Below, in pieces: positions 9,827 through 19,727 of a DNA stretch of 64,000 bases. The notes beneath the pieces were generated by a model. That model was not told where the DNA came from and searched no databases. It was given only the letters and a program-made list of their open reading frames with translations. This DNA comes from a virus (lineage: Duplodnaviria; Caudoviricetes): IMG/VR virus record IMGVR_UViG_3300022752_000016, one strand, 5' to 3'. Each line of letters opens with the position of its first letter. Position 1 is the first letter of the stretch. The translations under genes and the position numbers were made by a program.

Positions 9827-11243
9827 TTATAAATTATTAAAAAAAAATCCTTATATATATAAAGCACCTTGTATTACATTGTTAGAAAATGAACTTGGTA
9901 AAAATTTTAATACAAATCACTTAATAAGTATTGGGGTCGGTACTAGACCCCAATTATGGTGTAACTTTAATAAAAATTTGTTTAAAAATTTAAGTACTAA
10001 ACAACTTAAAACATTACAGCAAAAAAAATCAATTTTTTTAATAGATCAATCTTTAGAAGGATACTCAACTAGTTGGTTATGGGATTGGTTTCATAAAACT
10101 TGCATTGATTTTAAAGTTAATCCTAATTGTGTAATTTATATTACAGGAGACTTAAATGCAGAACAAAACTATAAAAAATTTGTTTTTAATAATAATATAA
10201 AAGAGGAAATTAAAGTTATATCGTTTTCCTACTTTGAACCATCTTTATATCGAAACTCGCAAAACTTTTTTTTAAATAAACCATTTTGGGATAAAGAACA
10301 TTTCAAAAATTTTAAACCGGTTTATAAACATTTAATAAAAGATAATGTGAATCATTGGTTTATTAAAATTTCATCGTTTGAAAGAAAACTAAGGAATAAT
10401 AAAATTTTAAAATTGTTATATTCTCTTTTAGGTCAATTTGATTTTAGTGAAAGTTTTAGTTACCCACAATTTTTTAAAATTGAACCCATTACAGTAAATA
10501 AAAAACTTCTTAACTACACTACAAATTTACAATTTAAAATTAAAAATAAACCAAGAATTAAAATGTTTGATATTTTGCAGAAACGTCCAAGAAGTCATAG
10601 AATTATTTTTTTTTATAAACTTTGGAAAAATAATTTATTAGAAAATAATATTTGTTCAATGAATACATTTGTTTATAATCCTGTTGATAATAAAAATGAT
10701 TTTGATTTTATTTCTAAAAATGATGTTGAAAATATGAACAAATTATTACCGTTACTTCCTCCTGATCATCCAAATGGGTACGGGGCAGGTAATTTTATGT
10801 CGGAAAACGGCGCTGCTTATATAAATGATATGAACATTAATATTAAGTTGCAATCTTTTTGTTCGGTAATAAGTGAAGTTTTTTATTTTGAAAAAGATGA
10901 TTTTTTTATAAGCGAAAAAACTTTTAAATCAATTGCAAACTCTCAACCATTTATAATTTTGAGCACAAAAAATTTTTTAAAAGAATTACAAAGATTAGGT
11001 TATAAAACTTTTCATCCATTTATAGATGAAACTTATGATGACCTAAATGATAAGGATAGAATGAATGCTATAATAAGTGAAATAATTCGACTGAACAAAA
11101 TGTCTATTGAAGAAAGAATAAATTGGTTTAAGACTTTACAACCAATATTAGAACATAATTATAATCATTTTCAATTTAGATATAATTATACTCTAAATAA
11201 TCTCCATGAGAATATTAAAAAGGCAACAAAAAAATTTTTATAG
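9804..11243 (+). CDS. Putative glycosyltransferase-like protein, EKTFK family paralogue 2
   Basis: SEKTFKSIANSQPFII...LGYKTFHPFIDETYD; DQSLEGY motif shared with 12280 ORF. Confidence 0.45.
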   Translation: MVNKFIFNYKLLKKNPYIYKAPCITLLENELGKNFNTNHLISIGVGTRPQLWCNFNKNLFKNLSTKQLKTLQQKKSIFLIDQSLEGYSTSWLWDWFHKTCIDFKVNPNCVIYITGDLNAEQNYKKFVFNNNIKEEIKVISFSYFEPSLYRNSQNFFLNKPFWDKEHFKNFKPVYKHLIKDNVNHWFIKISSFERKLRNNKILKLLYSLLGQFDFSESFSYPQFFKIEPITVNKKLLNYTTNLQFKIKNKPRIKMFDILQKRPRSHRIIFFYKLWKNNLLENNICSMNTFVYNPVDNKNDFDFISKNDVENMNKLLPLLPPDHPNGYGAGNFMSENGAAYINDMNINIKLQSFCSVISEVFYFEKDDFFISEKTFKSIANSQPFIILSTKNFLKELQRLGYKTFHPFIDETYDDLNDKDRMNAIISEIIRLNKMSIEERINWFKTLQPILEHNYNHFQFRYNYTLNNLHENIKKATKKFL

Positions 11244-11253
11244 AATTCTTTCC

Positions 11254-11261
11254 TATAAATA
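11254..11261 (+). promoter_or_regulatory. Late promoter TATAAATA
   Basis: Perfect consensus in intergenic gap, SD AAGGAG then TTG start. Confidence 0.6.
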
Positions 11262-11278
11262 AATTTAAAGGAGAAAAA

Positions 11279-12280
11279 TTGAAAATATTTATTACAGGTG
11301 TAGCAGGTTTTTTAGGTAGTCATGTAGCTGATAAGTTACTTGATTTGGGTCATACAGTACACGGCTGTGATAATTTGACAGGTGGCTATTTAGATAATGT
11401 AAGTAAAAATGTAAAGTTTTATAAAGGAGATTGTTGTAATCTAGATTTTATGGTAGCAGTAACAAAAGATATTGATATAATAGTACATACTGCTGCTACT
11501 CCGCATGAAGGATTAAGTATTTTTAGTCCATATTTTATTACTACAAATGTTTTTCAAGCAAGCGTAAGTACGATAAGCGCAGCCATTCAGAATAAAGTTA
11601 AAAAGTTTATATATTGTTCAAGCATGGCAAGATATGGATCACAAGAATATCCTTTTGTTGAAACTCAAACTCCGTCGCCCATAGATCCATACGGTATTGC
11701 CAAAGTAGCAGGTGAAGAAGTACTAAAAACGTTGGCTAGTTTAAATAAAATGGATTATATTATTGCTGTTCCACATAACATAGTTGGTCCAAGACAAAGA
11801 TATGATGATCCTTTCCGTAATGTCATGAGTATAATGATTAACAGATGTTTGCAAGGTAAACCTCCAATCATATATGGTGATGGTAGTCAAAAACGTTGTT
11901 TTAGTTATATAGGGGACAGTGTATTTTGTCTAGAGAAACTTATACTTGATAAAACGATTAAAAATGATATTTTTAATATTGGTCCAGATGAAGAATTTGT
12001 TTCAATTAAAGAACTTGCAGAGTTAGTTATTAAAGAATTAAAATTTGTAGGAGATCCTATTTATTTTCCAGATAGACCTAGAGAGGTCAAATATGCTACC
12101 TGTAGTGCAGAAAAAGCAAGAAAAGAATTGGGATATCGTACAAAAACATCACTTGTTGAATGTATACATGAAACTGCGGAATATATTAAAAAGCGTGGGG
12201 CTAAACCATTTGATTATACATATCCATTGGAATATATTAATGACAAAACTCCAAAAACATGGTCAGAAAGGTTAATGTAA
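11279..12280 (+). CDS. NAD-dependent nucleotide-sugar epimerase/dehydratase (extended SDR)
   Basis: GVAGFLG Rossmann motif, SS catalytic Ser, YGIAK (YxxxK); TTG start with SD. Confidence 0.9.
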   Translation: MKIFITGVAGFLGSHVADKLLDLGHTVHGCDNLTGGYLDNVSKNVKFYKGDCCNLDFMVAVTKDIDIIVHTAATPHEGLSIFSPYFITTNVFQASVSTISAAIQNKVKKFIYCSSMARYGSQEYPFVETQTPSPIDPYGIAKVAGEEVLKTLASLNKMDYIIAVPHNIVGPRQRYDDPFRNVMSIMINRCLQGKPPIIYGDGSQKRCFSYIGDSVFCLEKLILDKTIKNDIFNIGPDEEFVSIKELAELVIKELKFVGDPIYFPDRPREVKYATCSAEKARKELGYRTKTSLVECIHETAEYIKKRGAKPFDYTYPLEYINDKTPKTWSERLM

Positions 12281-13674
12281 TGTTATTTGTTTTTGAAAAT
12301 ATAATAAAAGTAGAAGGTCAGGTAGATATAAATTTAAACCTAATAGGTTGTACTGATAAAAATAAATCAGGACATCCTAGATTCAATCCGTCACCTGTTG
12401 TATTTTCTTTACTTCATAAACAGAAAACAGGTCAACTTAAAAAAGTTCATAGAGAACCAATGATTGCATTGCAAACACCTCCTATAGGTCTTCCATATAT
12501 TATTCCAGTTGGTGTTGCACATAATCCTGATGATTGGTGTGGCCCGGATAAGTTTAAAAATGGTTTAAATGCAAATTATCCTGATAGGAAAAATCTTTTT
12601 GAATGGCTAAATGAAGACTACCTAAAAGATTTACAAAATGGTATGGCATATTTATTAATTGATCAAACTCATGAAGGATATCATCCTGATTGGCTATTTC
12701 AATGGTTTCATAACTCATGTGATTCATTCGGAATTCCTGTAAATAGAATTATATATCTTACAGGGGATATGAATGCTGTAAAAAATTATAAATATTGGGC
12801 AGATACTTTTGGATTAGATTCAAGATTAAATATTATTTCTTGGCCACATTTTGAAACAGTTATTTTTGATATTTGTTCAGGTTACCATGGATTTGATGAA
12901 AATATTAAATTTGCAAATGATCATGTATTACCGCCTGGCTTAAAAATTCGTAAAAAGTTTCCGCATTTAATTGATCAATTAAATTATAAAAAAGCAAATT
13001 ACGAAAAAATTAAAACATTTGATATTTTACAAAAAAGAACAAGAAAACATAGGGTACAATTTTATAAGGGTTTGTATGATGCTGATCTTATTAAAGACAA
13101 TATAGTTTCAATGAATACTTTTGACTATGATTCCGATATTTTTCTAAATAAGAATTCGTATTTAGAAATAATTAAAAATCTACCATTATTACCTTTTGAC
13201 AACCCTAAAAATTATGAAAAAGATGATTTTGAATCAAGTGATGGAGCAAACTATATATTATATTTAAATGATGAAACTATGTATAATTCATTTTGTACAG
13301 TAGTAAGTGAAGTATTTTATAATGATGAAGATCCATGCTTTATAAGCGAAAAAACATTTAAACCAATTGCATGTTCTCAGCCTTTTATAATTCTAGGTAA
13401 TTATTTATTTTTAGAAACTTTAAAAGAATTAGGTTATAAAACTTTTCATCCTATCATCAATGAAAAATATGATACTTATGATGACCCTATTAGATTAAGA
13501 GTTATAATATTAGAAATGAAAAGAATTCAAAAGTTAAGTCAAAAAGAAAAATTAGAATGGTATTTAAGTATGCAAGATATTTTACAACATAATTTTGAAA
13601 TTTTTAACAAAAGACAACGATGTGATAACGTGACACATCTAATTAATATGTTACTAAGTTGTACGGAATTTTAA
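12280..13674 (+). CDS. Putative glycosyltransferase-like protein, EKTFKPI family paralogue 3
   Basis: SEKTFKPIACSQPFII...LGYKTFHPIINEKYD; start moved to coupled ATG 12280. Confidence 0.45.
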   Translation: MLFVFENIIKVEGQVDINLNLIGCTDKNKSGHPRFNPSPVVFSLLHKQKTGQLKKVHREPMIALQTPPIGLPYIIPVGVAHNPDDWCGPDKFKNGLNANYPDRKNLFEWLNEDYLKDLQNGMAYLLIDQTHEGYHPDWLFQWFHNSCDSFGIPVNRIIYLTGDMNAVKNYKYWADTFGLDSRLNIISWPHFETVIFDICSGYHGFDENIKFANDHVLPPGLKIRKKFPHLIDQLNYKKANYEKIKTFDILQKRTRKHRVQFYKGLYDADLIKDNIVSMNTFDYDSDIFLNKNSYLEIIKNLPLLPFDNPKNYEKDDFESSDGANYILYLNDETMYNSFCTVVSEVFYNDEDPCFISEKTFKPIACSQPFIILGNYLFLETLKELGYKTFHPIINEKYDTYDDPIRLRVIILEMKRIQKLSQKEKLEWYLSMQDILQHNFEIFNKRQRCDNVTHLINMLLSCTEF

Positions 13675-13675
13675 T

Positions 13676-14713
13676 ATGCGTGACATTCAAATACACAGAA
13701 TTAATAAAAAATTAGAAAATACCGATAAAGTAATCATAGCTTTGGGATGTAGTTTTGCTGAAGGACAAGGGGCAATATATGACTCGTTATATGATAACTA
13801 TAAGTGGCATTATCAAGGTATGGGTAAAGGTATGCTTGTTACTGTATCAGACAGCGAAAAAAAAGAAATTATGTATCAATATCCTGACAAAGTAACTGTA
13901 GATAAAGCCTCAGGAAAACTTGATTTTTCAATTATGGAAATAGAAAATAGTTTTTCACACGTATTAGCTGAAAAATACTTTGATAATGAATACGTGGCAA
14001 TAAACATGGGAATAAGAGGTACAGGAAATCGTGGACAAATAAAAGAATTATATTTTCGACCTGAAATCAATTGGCATAGAGTAAAAAAAATTATTGTTGT
14101 TTATTGTGTAAGTGGAATTGAACGATTTGATTTTGTAAATGATTTATGGGACACGCATTACCATTGGAAAGCAATGTGGCCAAAAAAGGAAATTGATGAA
14201 AATGACAGAAAACCTTTATGGGAAGGTTATGGGCAAACTGTATATAGTGAAAAGCAAGCTATAATTGAACAAATTGCTAACGTACAAGAACTTTTAACTT
14301 GGTGTAAACTGCACAATGCAAGTTTAATAATTACTCCAGGTTTTGAACAACGATATACAAAAGAGTATTTTAATGAAAATTTAAATACAATAGTTAATAG
14401 GAATTCTAGACAAGAAATAATTGAAAACTCATTTTTAAAAAATATTTTAGATGTTAAAAAAGTATCACATGATTACCTTTCACTATTATGGCCTTGGAAT
14501 AATATGTTTTATCCAGATGATAATGATACATTTATACGTTTATGTATGTCTCAAGAAAATGACGAGATAAAAAATAGTACAGATTGGTTTTGGCAATTTT
14601 TAGGTAATAGATCCCCTAAAGGATATATTACGGGATGCGCTCATCCAGGCGAAAAAGGTCATGATTTATTTGCAAAACATTTGTATTTTCATATTTTAAA
14701 AAATAACCTATAA
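13676..14713 (+). CDS. SGNH/GDSL-like hydrolase or acyltransferase
   Basis: ALGCSFAEG nucleophile block, NMGIRGTGN, C-terminal AHP...GH. Confidence 0.55.
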   Translation: MRDIQIHRINKKLENTDKVIIALGCSFAEGQGAIYDSLYDNYKWHYQGMGKGMLVTVSDSEKKEIMYQYPDKVTVDKASGKLDFSIMEIENSFSHVLAEKYFDNEYVAINMGIRGTGNRGQIKELYFRPEINWHRVKKIIVVYCVSGIERFDFVNDLWDTHYHWKAMWPKKEIDENDRKPLWEGYGQTVYSEKQAIIEQIANVQELLTWCKLHNASLIITPGFEQRYTKEYFNENLNTIVNRNSRQEIIENSFLKNILDVKKVSHDYLSLLWPWNNMFYPDDNDTFIRLCMSQENDEIKNSTDWFWQFLGNRSPKGYITGCAHPGEKGHDLFAKHLYFHILKNNL

Positions 14714-14714
14714 A

Positions 14715-15734
14715 ATGCACTATTCAAAAAAAATTTTAGATATTAATGAAAATTTGAAAAAAACTAAGAAATTATTTATTTCTTCAGGGTGTTCATATGT
14801 TGCAGGCAAGGCTGCATGGCCAAAATCTTTTATGGAAGAGTTTAGACCAAATTTTGACAATTATTATTATACTTGGGATCATTTAAGCAATAAACAAAAA
14901 GAATTAGCAATTAAAAAATTTCCAATTATAACAAATAATAATAATGTTTTTGAAACCATTAATTTAGAAGTTGATAATTCATTTACATCAATATTGCACA
15001 AAAATTACATTCCTAATTATACAATAGCTAATCTTGGAGAACAAGCAAAAGGATTATTTTCAAGTGTAATGAATTTATATGTTACACCAATTCAATTTGC
15101 ATTGGCAGATGAAATTATTTTATTTTTTTGTCCCACTGATTTACAACGATTTGATATCTTAAGCGATGAATATGCTTTTACAGACTCAAACGTTGCGGCA
15201 TGCAGATTATTTAACACATTTTGGCCTTTTGATAATGAAAAAAAAGATCCTATAGGACTTTTACAACTTGGGTATTCTCAGGCTGTACATAGTCTTAGAT
15301 TTGAAATCGTACATGCTATTATGTGTTTTAAATTGCTAATTAATTGGATAGAACAGTATAAGGCAAAATTAATTATATTTCCTGCTTTTAACAAGATTTA
15401 TAACAAAAATTATTTTTATGAAAATTTGGATATAACAATACTGCGTGATAAAACATTAAAACAAAAAGAAATAAAACATTTTACATTTAGAGATAGTTCA
15501 AATTTTTATATAGATAATTTTGTTCCATGGGATAATTTTACAACATTTGATGGTTTTAATACTTTTTTTGATTTAGCGTTTGGTCAAGAAAAAAACTATG
15601 ATCCAAATATTGAAATGCAAAGTTTGGTTGGACCAAATGGCGGAACATTAAATCAATTTATTATGAAATGTGGTCATCCAGGCGTTGAGGCACATGAATT
15701 ATTGGCAAAAAAAATTTATGAAAAATATTTTTAA
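14715..15734 (+). CDS. SGNH/GDSL-like protein (paralogue)
   Basis: SGCSYVAG, NLG, C-terminal GHPGVEAH. Confidence 0.5.
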   Translation: MHYSKKILDINENLKKTKKLFISSGCSYVAGKAAWPKSFMEEFRPNFDNYYYTWDHLSNKQKELAIKKFPIITNNNNVFETINLEVDNSFTSILHKNYIPNYTIANLGEQAKGLFSSVMNLYVTPIQFALADEIILFFCPTDLQRFDILSDEYAFTDSNVAACRLFNTFWPFDNEKKDPIGLLQLGYSQAVHSLRFEIVHAIMCFKLLINWIEQYKAKLIIFPAFNKIYNKNYFYENLDITILRDKTLKQKEIKHFTFRDSSNFYIDNFVPWDNFTTFDGFNTFFDLAFGQEKNYDPNIEMQSLVGPNGGTLNQFIMKCGHPGVEAHELLAKKIYEKYF

Positions 15735-16635
15735 TTATTTAAAAGAAAAATATACAATAAAAATTGATACTATTACTAAAAAAGAATCTTTTCATTTTAA
15801 AACATTTGATTCTTTGCCAATCAATTCAAATTTTTATGATTTTATAAATCATCCATTTTATAATTATCTTGATGACAATGTTCAATTAAAAAATTATTGT
15901 GGTAGTGATAATTATGAATTATTAAAAAAAAATATTATCCACCAACCATTGGAATGGAAATATGGTTTAAAAAAAATTACATATAGACTTAATAAAAGTG
16001 GATTCCGTACATATGAATTTAAAGACATTGATTGGAGAAATTGTATTGTTTTATTGGGTTGTAGTAATACGTTCGGAATAGGTGTTGATGAAGACGAAAC
16101 ATTATCGTATTTTTTAGAAAAATTAACAAATAAACAAGTAGTTAATTTAGGGATGGGGGGAATTTCAAATGATGTTATTATTGAAAAGTTAAACATTATT
16201 ATTAATAAATTTGAGATTCCTACTAACATTATTATTAATTGGACTTCACCTGACAGGTTTAGGTATTATTTAAAAAACAAATTCATAGATTGTGGTAATT
16301 GGATCACTGAGGAGAGTGAAAGAGAGTTGCAAAAAAATCAACTTTTTGGAAAAGAATTAGAAACAGTAAATTTAAATACACTTTATTATAATTTAAATGC
16401 CATAGAAACAAATATATATTTTAAAATGCGTAATTTAAGTAATATTTCTAAAGCACTTTCTAAAAATAATTTTAATTTAATTACATTTAGTTGCTTCCCT
16501 GACGCAGCATATTATAGTGAATCAGATTACTTTTTTCCAGATGACTCTAAGGTAAATAAGGCAAGAGATTTAATACACCCAGGCTCGGATTATAACCAAA
16601 TAGTAGCTGAGACAATTGTAGGTAAATTAAAATGA
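15718..16635 (+). CDS. SGNH/GDSL-like protein
   Basis: LGCSNTFGIG, NLGMGGISND, C-terminal DLIHPG (DxxH); start moved to ATG 15718. Confidence 0.6.
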   Translation: MKNIFNYLKEKYTIKIDTITKKESFHFKTFDSLPINSNFYDFINHPFYNYLDDNVQLKNYCGSDNYELLKKNIIHQPLEWKYGLKKITYRLNKSGFRTYEFKDIDWRNCIVLLGCSNTFGIGVDEDETLSYFLEKLTNKQVVNLGMGGISNDVIIEKLNIIINKFEIPTNIIINWTSPDRFRYYLKNKFIDCGNWITEESERELQKNQLFGKELETVNLNTLYYNLNAIETNIYFKMRNLSNISKALSKNNFNLITFSCFPDAAYYSESDYFFPDDSKVNKARDLIHPGSDYNQIVAETIVGKLK

Positions 16636-18146
16636 GTTTTTACAATCAAAATGCAGACCTTGCCGAAAAACAACTTAAATTTATTAGTAAAACTATGTGT
16701 TATGCTAAATGGGCGCAAGTTAGCATTCATTTAACAAATGGTATGACACAAAGTTGTTACCATCCACCTTTACATAAAATTGACACAAAAGAAATAAAAA
16801 ATAATCCAAGTGCACTTCATAATACAAAACAAAAGAAACAAGAAAGAAAATTAATGCTTCAAGGAGAAAGACCTGAAGGGTGTAATTATTGTTGGAAAAT
16901 AGAAGATAGCGGTGCAAGAAGCGATAGAATTTATAGATCAGGTGAATATTGGGCTCAAAATGCACGTATCGATATCATTGAAAATTTAGATACAGGTGAC
17001 ATAGATCCAAGATATGTAGAAGTAAATTTTAATCAGGCTTGTAATTTTAAGTGTATGTATTGTAGTCCTCATTTGAGCACAGCATGGGAAGATGAAATTA
17101 AAAAATATGGACCCTATTTATTAACTCATAATGAAAATACTAAAAAACATAATGATTTACATTCTTTAAAAAAACTTGGTCTTATGCCGTTAAAAATCAA
17201 ACAGAACGAAAATCCTTATGTAGATGCTTTTTGGCAATGGTGGCCTAAACTTTACAACAGTTTGGAAGTTTTTAGGCTGACAGGAGGCGAACCATTAATG
17301 GATATTAATACATATAAAATTTTAGATTATATTTATAATCATCCAAATGCTTGGTTAGAGTTAAGCGTTACTAGTAATTTTTGTCCGCCTAAACAGGAAT
17401 TAATGGAAAAATTTATTGAAAAAGTAAAAAAATTAGAAGAAATACAAATTTGGAATGATCCTAATAGGTTTAATTCGGGCTCGGGTAATAATTGGTATGT
17501 TAATATGGCTTTAAAACATTTTAGTTTATTTATAAGCCTTGACAGTGTAGGAAAACAGGCAGAGTATATTCGTTATGGCTTAGATTTTAATCTAATGACC
17601 GAAAACATATATCAATTTTTAAACAATACTAAAAACACAAATTTAACCTTTATTAATACATTTAATGCTTTAAGTGTTATAAAAATTAAAGAATTTCTAG
17701 AATATATTCTAGACTTACGTTCAATTTATAGTAAAGACAATCAAGGAGTTCAGTATATACCAATAAGCGATCCATATACAAAACATCCTGATTACGTTAT
17801 AAACCCAAGGCAAAGAATATGGTTCGATTTACCTATTTTACGAAATCCAATTTGGCAAAGTTTTCTTATTTTACCGAAAAAATATGATACATACATTGTT
17901 GATGCGATTAATTTTATGGAAAAGCATAAGGATACTGATAATTTTGTTGGTTTTTATGATTTTGAAATAGATAAACTAAAAAGAAATTTAACTATTTTAA
18001 AAGAAAATCGTTTTGTTGATAATGATGCTAAAAATCATAGAAAAAACTTTATTGAATTTTTTAAACAGTATGATGCAAAAAAAAATATTTCTTTTAGTAA
18101 AGCTTTTCCTGAATTTGAAAACTTTAAGGAAGAATTATGTTTATAA
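16632..18146 (+). CDS. Radical SAM protein (paralogue of 6497..7882)
   Basis: CNFKCMYC, LTGGEP, N-terminal MCYAKW/SCYH/GCNYCW. Confidence 0.85.
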   Translation: MSFYNQNADLAEKQLKFISKTMCYAKWAQVSIHLTNGMTQSCYHPPLHKIDTKEIKNNPSALHNTKQKKQERKLMLQGERPEGCNYCWKIEDSGARSDRIYRSGEYWAQNARIDIIENLDTGDIDPRYVEVNFNQACNFKCMYCSPHLSTAWEDEIKKYGPYLLTHNENTKKHNDLHSLKKLGLMPLKIKQNENPYVDAFWQWWPKLYNSLEVFRLTGGEPLMDINTYKILDYIYNHPNAWLELSVTSNFCPPKQELMEKFIEKVKKLEEIQIWNDPNRFNSGSGNNWYVNMALKHFSLFISLDSVGKQAEYIRYGLDFNLMTENIYQFLNNTKNTNLTFINTFNALSVIKIKEFLEYILDLRSIYSKDNQGVQYIPISDPYTKHPDYVINPRQRIWFDLPILRNPIWQSFLILPKKYDTYIVDAINFMEKHKDTDNFVGFYDFEIDKLKRNLTILKENRFVDNDAKNHRKNFIEFFKQYDAKKNISFSKAFPEFENFKEELCL

Positions 18147-18235
18147 TTAAATTTATTAAAAAGATTATAAAAGAATACAAATATAGAAAAAGAATTAAAG
18201 AATTACGAAAACGTGATCCTTTTATATATAAATAA
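18137..18235 (+). CDS. 32-aa highly basic peptide (MFIIKFIKKIIKEYKYRKRIKELRKRDPFIYK), not in ORF track
   Basis: Translated by hand; fills the gap between radical SAM and carbamoyltransferase; AAGGA upstream. Confidence 0.55.
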   Translation: MFIIKFIKKIIKEYKYRKRIKELRKRDPFIYK

Positions 18236-18237
18236 TT

Positions 18238-19719
18238 ATGCAATATATAGGAATTTCAAGTCATTTTCATGACGCTGCAATAACTCTTTTGTCCAATAAT
18301 GGGGATATATTATTTGCAGGACATAGTGAAAGATATAGTAAAACTAAACATGATTCACTATTAAATATTGATTTAATTAATGATCTGTTATACTATGACA
18401 ACAAATATGATAAGTTTTCAATTCATTATTATGAAAGACCTTTTATAACACAATTAAGACAAATTAGAGCAGGTCAAAAACTTGATTTTGTTACAACTAA
18501 AAGTCGTATAGGCAAACCAATTTTACAAATGTTAGGCAATCCTGATATAAAAAATTATAATCACCATTTAAGTCATGCAGCCGCGGGTTTTCAAACCAGT
18601 CTATTTGATAATGCTACAGTTGTTATAATAGATGCAATTGGAGAATTCGATACAATATCAATTTATGATGCTTATTATAATGATAAAGGATATGCAAAGT
18701 ATAAAAAACTATATAGTCAAAAATATCCTAATAGCATTGGATTATTTTATAGTGCAATGACTAAAAGAGTTGGATTGAAACCTTTAGATGAGGAATATAT
18801 TTTAATGGGCATGTCAGCTTATGGGATAGATAAACATAGTGGGGAAATGTTAAAATTCTTTAATGATATAAAAAATATTGAAATGAATACTAATTTGCAT
18901 ATAGGGGTAGATGATAATTTTTTATTTGGTGCTGATTTAATGGATATTGCATGTAGTACTCAAGTGGTTGTTGAGCAGTTGATTGAAATAGTTATGAGTA
19001 AAGCAAAATTACTAGGACGAAGTAATAATCTAGTTTATGGAGGAGGCGTGGCTTTAAATTGTTTAGCAAACAGGAAATTAGGAAATTTTTTTGATAAAAT
19101 TTGGATAATGCCGAATCCTGGTGATGCAGGGAGTAGTCTAGGTGCTGCTGCATTAGGATATGGAAAAAGATTAAAATGGGAAAATGCATTTTTAGGATAT
19201 GATATTAAAGGTGTGTATCCAATAGATAATATTCTTAAAGAACTAAACAGTAATAAAATAGTAGGTGTTGCCAATGGGCGTGCAGAATTTGGACCAAGAG
19301 CCTTAGGTAATCGAAGTTTATTAGCTGATCCACGCGGTAATTTAATTAAGGATAAAGTTAACGAGATTAAGCGTAGACAAAAATTTAGACCATTTGCTCC
19401 TGTGATACTTGAGGAATATGTAGATGAGTATTTTGTAATGCCAAAAGGATTTAGTATCAGTCCATATATGCAAGTAGTTGCAAAATGTAAACAACCTGAA
19501 TTATTACCAGCTATTATACATCATGATGGTACGAGTAGGGTACAAACAGTAGGTAAGGACAATACGGGAATAAGAAAACTTTTAGAAAAATGGTATGATT
19601 TAACAAAATGTCCTTTGTTATTAAATACATCACTAAACATACGCGGTGAACCTATGGTTAATGATAAAAAGGATGCAGTTAGATTTGAAAATCTGTACGG
19701 AGTTAAAGTTTTTTCATAA
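18238..19719 (+). CDS. Carbamoyltransferase (CmcH/NodU family)
   Basis: HDAA..., HHLSHAA metal site, GGVALNC, GDAGSSLG, RAEFGPRALGNRS, LLNTSLN. Confidence 0.92.
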   Translation: MQYIGISSHFHDAAITLLSNNGDILFAGHSERYSKTKHDSLLNIDLINDLLYYDNKYDKFSIHYYERPFITQLRQIRAGQKLDFVTTKSRIGKPILQMLGNPDIKNYNHHLSHAAAGFQTSLFDNATVVIIDAIGEFDTISIYDAYYNDKGYAKYKKLYSQKYPNSIGLFYSAMTKRVGLKPLDEEYILMGMSAYGIDKHSGEMLKFFNDIKNIEMNTNLHIGVDDNFLFGADLMDIACSTQVVVEQLIEIVMSKAKLLGRSNNLVYGGGVALNCLANRKLGNFFDKIWIMPNPGDAGSSLGAAALGYGKRLKWENAFLGYDIKGVYPIDNILKELNSNKIVGVANGRAEFGPRALGNRSLLADPRGNLIKDKVNEIKRRQKFRPFAPVILEEYVDEYFVMPKGFSISPYMQVVAKCKQPELLPAIIHHDGTSRVQTVGKDNTGIRKLLEKWYDLTKCPLLLNTSLNIRGEPMVNDKKDAVRFENLYGVKVFS

Positions 19720-19727
19720 GTAGACTT

